A stretch of DNA of 64,000 nt from an archaeon (GCA_041650735.1 JBAZKP010000001.1:240786-304785), one strand, 5' to 3'; shown: positions 19,688 through 30,052, counted from the stretch's first letter. Made by a program: numbers and translations. The notes: a model not told the origin generated them from the letters alone.

Positions 19688-20299
19688 ATGGGTTTTCTCT
19701 TTTTAGATATAGAGTCTTTTGTTGATCCAGAGGATACTTTTTCCGGGCTGAATCCTTTTCACGAAAAAAGCAAAGTTTTAGTCATAGCTTATAATTATTA
19801 TTCTTCTTCAAGCGCACCAAAACCAGAGCATGTAAAAGAACCGTGTTTTTTATTTGAATGGGAAGCGGGGGAGGAAAAAAAAATTCTCGAAGCATTTTTT
19901 TTAGAGTTAAAAGGAATTTACAAAAAAGATTCTTTGTTGAAAATAGTTGGATTTAATCATCTTGCTTATGATTTAAACTATTTATTTGCAAGAATGTTAA
20001 AACACAAAATTTCTTCCGAAAAAGAATTATTTCATATGCTTTTCACACAACCAAGGCACATCGATATGGCCCAACTAGGGATGGCGGTTTCAAAGGCAAC
20101 TAAACGCGATGAAGATTTTAGGACTATATCCCAAAAAACAATCAACTCTTATTTTGAGATTCCTATAAAAGAAGCAACAGGAAAAGATGTTTCAATATTT
20201 TATTCAAAAAAACAGTACGAGAAAATAAAAAAATATTGCAAAGAAGAATTTACTTTTGAATTATTATACCAAAGCTTGTTAATGTCATTTTTACACTAA
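19688..20299 (+). CDS. DEDD 3'-5' exonuclease (RNase H-like, PolB-exo-related)
   Basis: FLDIES, VGFNHLAYDLNYL, HIDM, KYCKEE. Confidence 0.8.
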   Translation: MGFLFLDIESFVDPEDTFSGLNPFHEKSKVLVIAYNYYSSSSAPKPEHVKEPCFLFEWEAGEEKKILEAFFLELKGIYKKDSLLKIVGFNHLAYDLNYLFARMLKHKISSEKELFHMLFTQPRHIDMAQLGMAVSKATKRDEDFRTISQKTINSYFEIPIKEATGKDVSIFYSKKQYEKIKKYCKEEFTFELLYQSLLMSFLH

Positions 20300-20430
20300 A
20301 AATTAAGGTAATTTTTGGGCGGATTTATTTTTTTAATATTTTTTCATTAAATTATAAGCATTGTCCAAGTTTTTGTTCTAGTTGGTAAAGTATTTATATC
20401 CCTTTAACTCTTATATGCAGGATGATAGTA

Positions 20431-20553
20431 ATGCCTAAAGGTATTGAATTTTCTTGCCAGGAAAGAGAAGTTGTTTTATGCAAAACCCTATGCTCAAAAG
20501 GAAAATGTTTTGACAATGAAAGCGTTGCTTTTGCAAAAAATTTTAAACAATAA
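20431..20553 (+). CDS. 40-aa Cys-rich microprotein
   Basis: MPKGIEFSCQEREVVLCKTLCSKGKCFDNESVAFAKNFKQ; TTTATAT TATA and GGATGA RBS upstream. Confidence 0.45.
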   Translation: MPKGIEFSCQEREVVLCKTLCSKGKCFDNESVAFAKNFKQ

Positions 20554-20625
20554 TTTTTCTGCCTGCATATTTTTTCTTAATTTTAGTAAATCTTGTTTTA
20601 ATTCTTTTCGACATAAGAATATTAT

Positions 20626-21111
20626 ATGAAATTACTGATTACAGGCACCCCTGGCTGCGGGAAAACAACTCTTGCAAAAAAACTTGGGCAAAAGTTAGGA
20701 TTAAGAGTCATTAATGAAAAAGAATTTGCTTTAAACAATGCAATAGGCAAATTTAATGATGAAAATGAGTTGGAAATTCCTTTGAAAGATATTGAGAAAA
20801 AAATTAATTCTTTTTTAAAAAAAAATAAGAATATTATTCTTGAAGGACACGTTCTTTGTGAAACAAAGCTTAAAGTGGATGCAGTGATATTAGTCACAAT
20901 TAGTCCTGAAGATTTGGAAATGCGATTAGAAAAAAGAAATTATTCAACACAGAAGATAATGGATAATGTTTTTTGCGAAGGAATTGATTATTGCAAAAAA
21001 CATGTGGAGAGAAATTATCCTAAAAGCAAAATAATAAGGGTTGTTTCTTCAAACAATCCTTTAAGCACCTTTACTAAAACCCTTAAAAAACTTGAAATGC
21101 ACGCTAAGTAA
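20626..21111 (+). CDS. Adenylate kinase AK6/Fap7
   Basis: ITGTPGCGKTT, ILEGH, RLEKRNYS..KI.DNV. Confidence 0.9.
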   Translation: MKLLITGTPGCGKTTLAKKLGQKLGLRVINEKEFALNNAIGKFNDENELEIPLKDIEKKINSFLKKNKNIILEGHVLCETKLKVDAVILVTISPEDLEMRLEKRNYSTQKIMDNVFCEGIDYCKKHVERNYPKSKIIRVVSSNNPLSTFTKTLKKLEMHAK

Positions 21112-21191
21112 GTGCTTTTTGGTTTTTTTTGGCTTCTTGTGAATGTTTTAAAACTTATTTTAATACTAATGCTTTTGAATAGAGTGATAAA

Positions 21192-22358
21192 ATGGCTGTT
21201 TTGAGGATTTATTGTATTCTACTGCTTATTATCCTGTTTTTGACTGTAGGGTTTGCTTATGAAAAACCCTTGTCAGAATTTGGGTTTTCAGGGTTAACCC
21301 TTGAAAAAGAGAATACTAAGGAATGCAACGAAATTAATGTTTTGTTGCCAGAATTAGCAATAGCTGAAAAAGGAGCAGGAATCCTTTCCTTAGATGTGAA
21401 TTTTACAGAATACCAAGATGACAGTTCGTATGTAACTGTTTCAATTAATGACTCTACAGAAAAAGTATTGTGGCCTGAGAACTTTTCCTGCACCCAAAAT
21501 TGTTGGGCAAGAATATTTATTCCTGATATTAAGGAGAAAGAAACAAAAATAAAGTTATGTGCGGTTCTTGGAGGGCTAACAAAAAAATTAGAAATTACCT
21601 CAAACACTTTTATAGGAATTTATGACACCCCTATACTAAGCATAGAAAATGAATCCCCTTCAGAGATATTTTTAGGGGATAGAGCAAAAATGAGTATTAT
21701 TGTATCAAACACAGGCACAAAAGCATCAAGTATAATGGTTCAGTTTGTTCACCCTGATACAAGAGCAAAAGTAGAAATAACAAGCTTTGACATAGTTGAA
21801 GGGGATTCAAGTGCCTCAACCATTATTAATCCAGGAGAAACAAAACAATTTGATTATTACATTAAACCAACAGTCATAAGCTCTTATAACTTGCCCTCTG
21901 CAGCATTATTTTTTACAAATGTTTTTGGGGAAAAACAAACAATAATCAGCAATCATCCTCAAATGAATGTTGTAAAATTAACAAAAATAAATGTTTCAAT
22001 AGTGGCTATTTCAGAGCAAGAACCAGTTACATTTAAAGCAATAATAAAAAATAATTTGCCAGACCAGTTTAATGGAAATATAATTTTTGCCCCCCAAACA
22101 GCGTTTACTGAATCTGTAAGACAAGTAACAATACAAGGAAATAGTGAAAAAGAAGTAGTATTTGAAGCAAAAGACTTACAACCAGGGAAATATTCATTTT
22201 TTGCAACAATAAAGGATTCAAATGATATTTATTCTTCAAACAAAATAGAGTTAGAATTAAGACAAACAGGAATTCCTTTTGAAGTACTATTCGCAATTTT
22301 AGGAATAATCACAGGGGTAGTAATTTTTGCTTGGATATATTTTGTAAAAGAAAAATAA
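21192..22358 (+). CDS. Secreted membrane-anchored Ig-like protein
   Basis: Signal peptide, VSNTGT / INPGETKQ Ig-like motifs, C-terminal TM. Confidence 0.75.
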   Translation: MAVLRIYCILLLIILFLTVGFAYEKPLSEFGFSGLTLEKENTKECNEINVLLPELAIAEKGAGILSLDVNFTEYQDDSSYVTVSINDSTEKVLWPENFSCTQNCWARIFIPDIKEKETKIKLCAVLGGLTKKLEITSNTFIGIYDTPILSIENESPSEIFLGDRAKMSIIVSNTGTKASSIMVQFVHPDTRAKVEITSFDIVEGDSSASTIINPGETKQFDYYIKPTVISSYNLPSAALFFTNVFGEKQTIISNHPQMNVVKLTKINVSIVAISEQEPVTFKAIIKNNLPDQFNGNIIFAPQTAFTESVRQVTIQGNSEKEVVFEAKDLQPGKYSFFATIKDSNDIYSSNKIELELRQTGIPFEVLFAILGIITGVVIFAWIYFVKEK

Positions 22359-25300
22359 TTACTCTTTCCATTCATCAAGGATTAGTTTTCTTTTTACGTC
22401 TTCTTCTTTTTCATTTTTTCCCATTTTTTGTTTTAACATAAACGCGACCAGTATTATAAGTATGACAGGAATAAATCCTGCAAAAGGTATTTTTTCAAAT
22501 AAATTTCCTTGTTTTGTGCTGTTTTCTGAAAGAAGCATTAACGCATCCACATATTTATTTGAATCAATAAATTCTTTCCCTTTTATTAGCAAGCCTTCAT
22601 TGTTTCCTTTATCTATTGCAGAATTATAACTTGTAATTGCCTGCTTTTTCAGATAGTTGAAAGCTTTTTGTAATTCATTTTGTATTTCTAATAGCTTTTC
22701 CAGCTTTTTTTCGTTAGTGTCACTTGAGTTTTTTATTTCTTCCGCCATTAACCTTAATTTTTTTAATCTGCTTTCTGTAATAGGGGCAATTATTTTTGCT
22801 TTAATTATTTCAGCTTCATTCGCCACTAGATTTTCTTCAAAATAATTTAATAATATAGTTATTTCTTCGTACGCTTTTTGTATGAGTGTTTGTATTTTTT
22901 TATCTTCGATAGCCTTGTTTTTATCAAGTGTTTCTTTAAACGAAATTATTTCTTCAAATTTATTATTTAATTGGATAAATTCTTTTTTTGCTGTAGCAGG
23001 GTCGTATGAAATGCTCTCATCAATTTTTTGTTTTATATTAAGAAAATCCTGTTTAAGATAATCTAGATCCTTATTTTCAGTATTTTTTGTTGCTTTGTTG
23101 ATTTTATCTAATAGTTCTTCAGCTCCTTCTTTTATTGAATCATCTGTACTAAACACGGCTTTTGTAATTAAATCAAAAGCTTTTGCTATTGAATTCTCAT
23201 TTTCATTTCCAAAAGAGAGAGCTTTATTTAGAGTATCTTCAATTTCTTTTGCTTGGTTGTCTATTCCAAGGTTTTTCAGTTCATTTTGTTTTTGTCTTAA
23301 TTCAGATATTTTTTCTAAAAGGGTATTTTTCATTAATTCTAATGAGATTTTTTCTTGCTTTTCTTTTTCAAGGGTAATTATCCTTAGTGAATTTTCTTCA
23401 ACGGCTTTTTGTAATTCCTTAAGGGTTGCCTCTTCGCCTTTTAAAATTAGTTCTTCTGTTTTTTGCGAATAGAAATCATTTTCTAAAAGAATAAAAACAT
23501 CTTTTTGTTTTTTTAGTTCTTCTAAATAGTACTCCTTGGCTGAATCAACATATATTTTTATGTAATATTTTTTTTGCTGCTTTGGTTCAAACTCTTGATT
23601 TTTTAGTATGAGCTTGTCATTAATGATATCAAAATTTTTTTTGGTATAATCTTCACTAAAAACATAATATTTTTCAGCAAATGAATTTATTGGCAGCAAA
23701 ATTGAAATTGTTGCGGTGGTCTTTTCGCCAAAGTTATTTGATGCAATTAATTCATATTCTAATAGGTCTTTTCCTAATTCTTCTGTTTTACCAATAAACT
23801 TTGTTAAAGTGGTTATGGCGCCTGAAATATAAAAGAAAATATTTATTTTTGTGTTTGAGTTTGCTTTTTCTAAAGCAAATATTGTTCTGTCTTTATTATC
23901 ATCAAAATTTAAAATTTCTAAACCATTTGATAAAACAATTACTTTTTCAGTATTTAATGGTTTTTTTGTTGTTATTAATATTTTTTGGATTTCAGTGCTG
24001 TTGCTTAATTCAATTGTTCTTTTTAAAAGGCTTGTTTCATTAGAGACAAATATAAATTGGTCTTTTTCTTTTGAATAAATTTGTTTAGATAAAATAAAAT
24101 TTGTGCTTGTTGATCCGTATGGCAAACATTCTAGCCAGATTACTATTGTGTTTGAGTCTTTTTGGTTAATTTCGCTAATACAAGGATCTTTTTCAATCAC
24201 TTTAGTGAGTGTTGAATGAATTTCTATATAGAATGAAGAAGTTATTTTATGGAAAGGATTTGGTATAATAATTTTGGTTTCGGATTCAAAAGGAATATTA
24301 ACTTCAGCGATTTTTTCGTTTAAATAAATAATTTTTGTGTTTTGGCGCGCATAATCTATAATACTGTTTTCTGAAAGTATTTGTGCTTCTTGAAGAGAAT
24401 TTTTTATTGTTTCTTTTAAAAAATCTTTTATTGGCAGTGCTTCGCTATAATTAACTTCGTTTTCAGTAAAGTATTTCGCATATGATATGACTTTGTTTTT
24501 TAATAAATTTATTTTTTCTTCAAGAGAAGAGTCTGTGTTATAAGAGTTTATTTTTTCTAGTTCTTCTATAGTTTTTGTTAATTCAAAAAAATCTTTTTTA
24601 AAACTATTTAATTCTTCATCATAATTTAGCTCATTATCAACTTGCTGTTTTATTAAGTTGCAATTTTCTTCAAATGTTAATAGGTTTTCTTTAGAAATTT
24701 CGGTTTGTTTTAAGTTTTCAAATAAAATTTTCAATTCCTCAAATTCTTCTTCTTTAAATATTTTTTCTAAGTAAGCAATACAATCTTTTGCCGATTCTTT
24801 TTTTATCGCTTCGAGTTTTGAATAGTCTGCTATTGCTTCTTCAAGAGTTTTATTGTTAATTACCATTTCATAACAATAATCTAGTTTTTCGATTCCTTCT
24901 ACTGAACTTGTTTTTGAAGCGTAATATAGGGTTTCTTGAATTAGTTTGTCTATTGATTCATTTGTTGAAGAATAGTTGTTATTCTTTATCTGCGAAGCTC
25001 GTGAATTGCATGCTTGTCCTAGTTTTTGTGTCACTTCTTTATCTTCCCATTCTAGTGCTTTTTTTATTTTAATAAATGAGTTTAGTAATTCTTTTGTTTT
25101 GTACAATTCTTCTCCAAGTGTCAGGGTGCCTCTGCTTTTTTCTTCTCTTAATGTGATTAGTAATGTTACCTTTTCATTGAAATTTTCTGACGAGGTTTCA
25201 TTACTTGTTAAAACCACTGTGTTGAGTTCTTTTGATAATTCTTCATATTTTTCATTATATTTATTTTTTTCTAGTAGTCTTTCGCAAGCTGTTTTCTCTG

Positions 25301-26303
25301 CTTCTAGTTGTTTTAGATTTTCTTTTGCTGTATTTTGAGCTATTTCAAGATTTTTGCTTTCTTTGTTTATTAAGTCTGAAAATCTTTTAAGAGATGAATT
25401 ATTATTCCCTCCTAAATCAGAGTAGAGTTTCATGAAATCAAAAATAGGGAAATTTTGCAGGGCTGCAAGACCTTGTTTTGTATAGAATCTTGACTCAAAA
25501 TAATTAATTGCGTTTCTTAATGCCGTGCTTAAAAAAGGGAAATAGCCTTTGTTAGTCATTCCGAGTTTTTCAAGCACTGCTCCTTCAACGTACTCAAAGT
25601 TCTTAATCCAAAAAGGGGTGTTTTCAATAAGGGTTTCACGAAGTTTACTTGCGTTGGACTTATTGAAAGAATCCGCTTTTTTTAAATAATATGAAACATA
25701 GCTGTCTGAGTTTGTTGCCCCGTTATTTAATTCAGACAATATTTGCCTAAATTCGACCAATGAATCATAAATAGGTTCTTCTTTTATCATATCGACTTTT
25801 TGCTCTGTAAGAAATTTTTCTTCAGCTGCAATAATAGAAAAACTTTTTTCCATTGCTTGGTCAAGCTCAAGAAAGGAATTGTCTATGTAATTTGATGCCT
25901 GATTTATTGAGCCTGATAGTGCTGAATAATCTCCTGATTTGCATTCTTCAGATATTTTTTTTGTTTCAGTTATTGCTTTATTATAAAAAAACCAGCTTCT
26001 CCCGATTTCGTTTTTTAATGAATATAATTCACTTTCTTGAGCATAACTTAATTTTGTTTTGAATAGTTCATTTACTTTTTCAAAACAACTTTTTTCTGTT
26101 TCGCAATAAGGGATGTAAGCATAGCTTTTACTAGCCATAGAATAACAGAGATTTTTTTCTGCTCTTGTCATTTCGCCCGTGCAACCAAAAAATAAAACAA
26201 ATAAGAGGAGACTTGTAATAAGAAAAATTTTACAGGGGCTTATTCTTTGCCTAGAATTTAATTTATTTCTTTTATTATTTGTAAACCTACTTTTAGCAAG
26301 CAT
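22359..26303 (-). CDS. Very large surface (lipo)protein with coiled coils
   Basis: 1314 aa; hydrophobic stretch ending LFFGC, spaced Cys, heptads, C-terminal TM. Confidence 0.8.
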   Translation of the reverse strand: MLAKSRFTNNKRNKLNSRQRISPCKIFLITSLLLFVLFFGCTGEMTRAEKNLCYSMASKSYAYIPYCETEKSCFEKVNELFKTKLSYAQESELYSLKNEIGRSWFFYNKAITETKKISEECKSGDYSALSGSINQASNYIDNSFLELDQAMEKSFSIIAAEEKFLTEQKVDMIKEEPIYDSLVEFRQILSELNNGATNSDSYVSYYLKKADSFNKSNASKLRETLIENTPFWIKNFEYVEGAVLEKLGMTNKGYFPFLSTALRNAINYFESRFYTKQGLAALQNFPIFDFMKLYSDLGGNNNSSLKRFSDLINKESKNLEIAQNTAKENLKQLEAEKTACERLLEKNKYNEKYEELSKELNTVVLTSNETSSENFNEKVTLLITLREEKSRGTLTLGEELYKTKELLNSFIKIKKALEWEDKEVTQKLGQACNSRASQIKNNNYSSTNESIDKLIQETLYYASKTSSVEGIEKLDYCYEMVINNKTLEEAIADYSKLEAIKKESAKDCIAYLEKIFKEEEFEELKILFENLKQTEISKENLLTFEENCNLIKQQVDNELNYDEELNSFKKDFFELTKTIEELEKINSYNTDSSLEEKINLLKNKVISYAKYFTENEVNYSEALPIKDFLKETIKNSLQEAQILSENSIIDYARQNTKIIYLNEKIAEVNIPFESETKIIIPNPFHKITSSFYIEIHSTLTKVIEKDPCISEINQKDSNTIVIWLECLPYGSTSTNFILSKQIYSKEKDQFIFVSNETSLLKRTIELSNSTEIQKILITTKKPLNTEKVIVLSNGLEILNFDDNKDRTIFALEKANSNTKINIFFYISGAITTLTKFIGKTEELGKDLLEYELIASNNFGEKTTATISILLPINSFAEKYYVFSEDYTKKNFDIINDKLILKNQEFEPKQQKKYYIKIYVDSAKEYYLEELKKQKDVFILLENDFYSQKTEELILKGEEATLKELQKAVEENSLRIITLEKEKQEKISLELMKNTLLEKISELRQKQNELKNLGIDNQAKEIEDTLNKALSFGNENENSIAKAFDLITKAVFSTDDSIKEGAEELLDKINKATKNTENKDLDYLKQDFLNIKQKIDESISYDPATAKKEFIQLNNKFEEIISFKETLDKNKAIEDKKIQTLIQKAYEEITILLNYFEENLVANEAEIIKAKIIAPITESRLKKLRLMAEEIKNSSDTNEKKLEKLLEIQNELQKAFNYLKKQAITSYNSAIDKGNNEGLLIKGKEFIDSNKYVDALMLLSENSTKQGNLFEKIPFAGFIPVILIILVAFMLKQKMGKNEKEEDVKRKLILDEWKE

Positions 26304-26365
26304 GTAGAAGGCTTGCTTTAGTTTATTTAAAAATCTTCATTAAAATTCGACGATTGACTATTTTG

Positions 26366-26707
26366 TTAGTCACTTTCTTCATTGTAGTCTTTTGCAGTTG
26401 TGTTTTGTTTTTCAATAAATTTTTGGGCTGCGCATTCCTGGGAAACGTTTTTATCAGGAAGAAGAGAGTATAGGCATTCATTTTCTTGATTGAGTAATTC
26501 TTTTGAGTATGTGCAATCTTGGCAGGTATTTCCTTGAATAGTATTAATGAGCGGGTTTATCCAAAAGAGTTGGATTAGTATTCCAAGGAGTATTCCTACA
26601 ATAAACAGAATAAAGTAGGGTTTGTATTTTTTAACAGATTTTCCTAAGAAATTGTTTCTTTCAGGAACAAGTTCTTCGTATTCATCGTCAGGATCTTTCA
26701 AGGACAT
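26366..26707 (-). CDS. Single-TM hypothetical protein
   Basis: TM FILFIVGILLGILIQLFWI then Cys-containing ectodomain. Confidence 0.7.
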   Translation of the reverse strand: MSLKDPDDEYEELVPERNNFLGKSVKKYKPYFILFIVGILLGILIQLFWINPLINTIQGNTCQDCTYSKELLNQENECLYSLLPDKNVSQECAAQKFIEKQNTTAKDYNEESD

Positions 26708-26980
26708 GCAAAGAATAAAGCTTTTGTGAAATATAAAACTTATTGAAACAAAAATTAGTCATTTTTTTGAAAACTTACTCAATATTGTTGTTTATTTGCA
26801 AATCTTAGCAAGTATACATAAGCCTAACTTTTCTTTTTCTTGCCACCGTTCATTCTTTATTTTGTTTTTAGAAAAAATTTTTAAATATACATAATGCGTT
26901 TTGGTTTGTTTTTTGTAAGGGAAACGTTTATAAAGAAGTTCGGCTTTTTATCTGTTAAAGTTTTTTTGTAGGTGTTATAA

Positions 26981-27256
26981 ATGTACAAATACACAATTGC
27001 GAGACAGTTGGCATCAAAGAGGGTAATCACTAATAGGGGGGACGAGGTTGGCAAATTAATTGACTTAATCGTTTCTGAAGTTGGTGGAGACGTAGAGTAC
27101 TTGGTAGTAGAAGTAGACAGAAACTCCCGATTATTGTCAAAACTAGGGAAAGTAGACAAATTGGTAGAAATACCTTATGCGTCCGTAACAGCAGTGAGCG
27201 ATGTGTTCATTGTTGATGAAAGAGAAATCCTAGAAGACATTCAGAAGAAGGAATAG
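26981..27256 (+). CDS. PRC-barrel domain protein (CdpB-like)
   Basis: KRVITNRGDEVGKLIDL...IPYASVTAVSDVFIV; AGGTG RBS. Confidence 0.9.
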   Translation: MYKYTIARQLASKRVITNRGDEVGKLIDLIVSEVGGDVEYLVVEVDRNSRLLSKLGKVDKLVEIPYASVTAVSDVFIVDEREILEDIQKKE

Positions 27257-27400
27257 TTTCTATTTTCAAACCAGGTGCTTGCCGGGTTAAAGCGCGGCAA
27301 GTCTGGGCTTATTTGCCTTGGTATTCTTGTCCTAATTTTTTGTTTTAGCCTTTAGAAAAGGCATATTTTTGCTTGAGCGGGCTTCGCTTTTTTTTAAACA

Positions 27401-28504
27401 TTAAATTTCAATAACAAGAGTATTTTTTTTAAAATCAAGTTCCTTTATTATGGGTTTTAAGGAGTTTATTTTTGAAATGATTTCTTTTTCAATTAACCCT
27501 TTTTGTTTTCCTTTTTCAATTGCTGAAAGGACTTCTTTTATTTCTTGATATTTAATAAAAATTTCTTCTCCTTTTTGCTGGGCTTCTTTTTCCTGTACTC
27601 CTAAGCCTTCTATTTGTTTATTTTTTGCTTCAATATGTTTTTCCTGCTTTTCTTTCTTTTTTGTTTCCTCCTTTGAAGGTCCTTTAATTACGATTTGGGT
27701 TTTAATTTTTCCATTCAAGAGAATAGTATTGAGTGCAGCTTGAATACTTTCAAATTCCTTTTCTTTTTCTTGTTTTATTTCTGTTGAATAAATAACCCCT
27801 TTATTTAGGAACACTTTTCCTTCTTTTGAAGAATAAATTTCTTTTACCTTTTCAAGCAGTCTTTTTGATTCTTTTGCTGTTGCTTCTTTAGAATTCTTTT
27901 TTTTGTCAAGTTTCAGTTCATCAAAAGCGAATTCAAGTATTGTTGGGGAAGCATTTAGGGTATCTACACATGCCCCAAAAAAAGTTTTAACATTTTGTGC
28001 AAGTTTTTTTTCAAAATCTTTTTCGTTTTCTTCCAAAGGATTTATTCCTTTAGAACTGGGAAACTTGTATTGTTCTCCCTGTTCAAGTTTCCTGTCTTTC
28101 CATTCTTCTTTTCGCATAGCCCTGATTATTTTCATTTCCTTATCACACAAAACAATGTTTCCTTTGGCGAATAGTTCTAAAATTATGACTACTTCAGGAA
28201 AATCTATGATGGCAATTCTATCTGCCCCGCGCTGAGCAAGAGAAACAATTCTTTGGTTGTTCAGGTATTTTTTTAGCAGTGCTGAAAATCCCCCCGGATT
28301 TTGTTTTGCCGCTAGTGAAGAATTTGAAACAAATAAAGAATTTGGAGTTAAAATCAGTTGTTTGTCTCCAAATTGTTTTGTATGCACTTTCATCTTTATC
28401 CAGTTGTTTTCAAGGGTCTGTACATTATTTACAAACCCATTTTCAATAAATTTGAGTTCTTCAATAAGGTGTTTTAAGGCGAGGTTGCTTAATTGAATTT
28501 CCAT
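27401..28504 (-). CDS. NFACT/Rqc2 (aRqcH) N-terminal half
   Basis: FSALLKKYL, GADRI, ILELFAKGNIVLCD, DRKL..GEQYKFP, coiled coil; ends before NFACT-R. Confidence 0.85.
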   Translation of the reverse strand: MEIQLSNLALKHLIEELKFIENGFVNNVQTLENNWIKMKVHTKQFGDKQLILTPNSLFVSNSSLAAKQNPGGFSALLKKYLNNQRIVSLAQRGADRIAIIDFPEVVIILELFAKGNIVLCDKEMKIIRAMRKEEWKDRKLEQGEQYKFPSSKGINPLEENEKDFEKKLAQNVKTFFGACVDTLNASPTILEFAFDELKLDKKKNSKEATAKESKRLLEKVKEIYSSKEGKVFLNKGVIYSTEIKQEKEKEFESIQAALNTILLNGKIKTQIVIKGPSKEETKKKEKQEKHIEAKNKQIEGLGVQEKEAQQKGEEIFIKYQEIKEVLSAIEKGKQKGLIEKEIISKINSLKPIIKELDFKKNTLVIEI

Positions 28505-28553
28505 AAACAATTAGTGTTTAGTTCAAAATAAAAACTTGCTTTACGCAGAGGGT

Positions 28554-29771
28554 TTAGAAATATTTCATCATTATTTTTATTAAACCAGGGCGTTTAATTA
28601 GTTTCTTAGTAAAAAGAATTGCTTTTTCAGTTTTATTCAAGCTTCCGTCCCCTATTTTTAAGGCATCATCCATTGAAATGCTTTCAGCTAAATAATTAAA
28701 ATCATCATCGCTTAATTGTTCAAGCAAATGCCTTGATTTCAATCTGCGTTTTAATTCATTTCCCCTCAAATCAAACCATTCTTTTGTATAAGTTCCAATA
28801 AAATCATCAGTAAATTTATTTGCTTTTATTGCTCTTAGTGCAACTTGGGCAGCTAATCTACCGCCTTCCATTGCTATCCCTATTCCTCCACCGTGAATAG
28901 GATCAACCATGTGCCCTGCGTCGCCCGCAACAAGCAAATTATCAGCAGTCATTTTTTCAAGGAATCCTCCAACAGGTATTCCTCCTGCATTAACCTCTAT
29001 TATTGAGCCATTTTTCAGTCCTGGTTGTTGTTCAATCCATCTATCAAGGTAGTCTTTTGCAGTTAATTTTGTTTGTGATGAAACATACGCTCCTATCCCT
29101 ATTCCTACATTTGCTGTTCCGCCTCTTTTAGGAAAAATCCAGATATACCCTCGTGGAGCAACTTCAGTTCCAAAATATAAATGCAAACAGTTTTCATCAT
29201 ACCCTGAAATGCCTGTCATTTCATATTGGTATCCTGAATCAGTGTCATTCAAATTATTTTTTGTATTCAATCCGAGCATTCTTGCAGCAAGAGAATCAAT
29301 TCCGTCGCAGGCAAGAATAATTTTTCCTTTGAATTCTTTTATCTGATTATTAACTTCTACTTTTAATGTAACAATTCCATTTTCTCTTTTTGCTTCTATT
29401 ACTTGGTGTTTTAGCAGGATTTTAGCCCCTTTTTTTACTGCTTCTATAGCAAGATTTTTTTCAAACATTTTTCTTTCAAGAACATATCCCAGGATTTTTT
29501 TTTCTTTCATTTTTACTTCTTTCCCTTTAGGGCTATATAACACAGCTCCTTTGATCTCTTGTACTGCCCATTCAGGTGTTGGCTTTAAATTCATTATTCC
29601 AAACCAGCGGTTGCTTAGCCCTTCAGCACATCTTTTTGGGCATCCGATTTCCTGTTTTCTGTCAAGAATAAGCACATTTGCTTTTCCTTCTGCGAGTTCA
29701 AGTCCTGCCGCTAACCCTGATGGCCCAGCCCCTATGAGGATAGCATCGTAAATGATTTCTTTTCCAGCCAT
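28554..29771 (-). CDS. ggr: Digeranylgeranylglycerophospholipid (geranylgeranyl) reductase
   Basis: GAGPSG, PKRCAEG, PRGYIWIFPK, ANVGIG, AGDAG..DPIHGGGI; GGTGA RBS before ATG 29771. Confidence 0.93.
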   Translation of the reverse strand: MAGKEIIYDAILIGAGPSGLAAGLELAEGKANVLILDRKQEIGCPKRCAEGLSNRWFGIMNLKPTPEWAVQEIKGAVLYSPKGKEVKMKEKKILGYVLERKMFEKNLAIEAVKKGAKILLKHQVIEAKRENGIVTLKVEVNNQIKEFKGKIILACDGIDSLAARMLGLNTKNNLNDTDSGYQYEMTGISGYDENCLHLYFGTEVAPRGYIWIFPKRGGTANVGIGIGAYVSSQTKLTAKDYLDRWIEQQPGLKNGSIIEVNAGGIPVGGFLEKMTADNLLVAGDAGHMVDPIHGGGIGIAMEGGRLAAQVALRAIKANKFTDDFIGTYTKEWFDLRGNELKRRLKSRHLLEQLSDDDFNYLAESISMDDALKIGDGSLNKTEKAILFTKKLIKRPGLIKIMMKYF

Positions 29772-29784
29772 TCTTTCACCAGGA

Positions 29785-29964
29785 TTACTTTTTTTCAAGT
29801 TGCATTGCTCCAACAGGGCAAATATTTGTGCATGCTCCGCATGAAATACATTTTTTTTCATCAACAAAAATTCTTGTATCTTTCAAGACTATTGCTTGAA
29901 CAGGGCACACTCCAACGCATGCTCCGCAATATAAGCACTTATTTGAATTGTTTTTTACAACCAT
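29785..29964 (-). CDS. 2[4Fe-4S] ferredoxin (missed by ORF track)
   Basis: MVVKNNSNKCLYCGACVGVCPVQAI...CISCGACTNICPVGAMQLEKK; GGTGA RBS. Confidence 0.92.
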   Translation of the reverse strand: MVVKNNSNKCLYCGACVGVCPVQAIVLKDTRIFVDEKKCISCGACTNICPVGAMQLEKK

Positions 29965-30052
29965 TTTTTCACCAGTTTTTAATAAAGAAAATTCTTGTTA
30001 GTAGAATTTAAAAACCTGCTTTGCCTACCCTAATTTTAGAATTTTTTATTTG

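Noticed and set aside
29772..29867. N-terminal extension of the GGR ORF
   Set aside because: Overlaps the ferredoxin gene in another frame; GGTGA RBS supports ATG 29771
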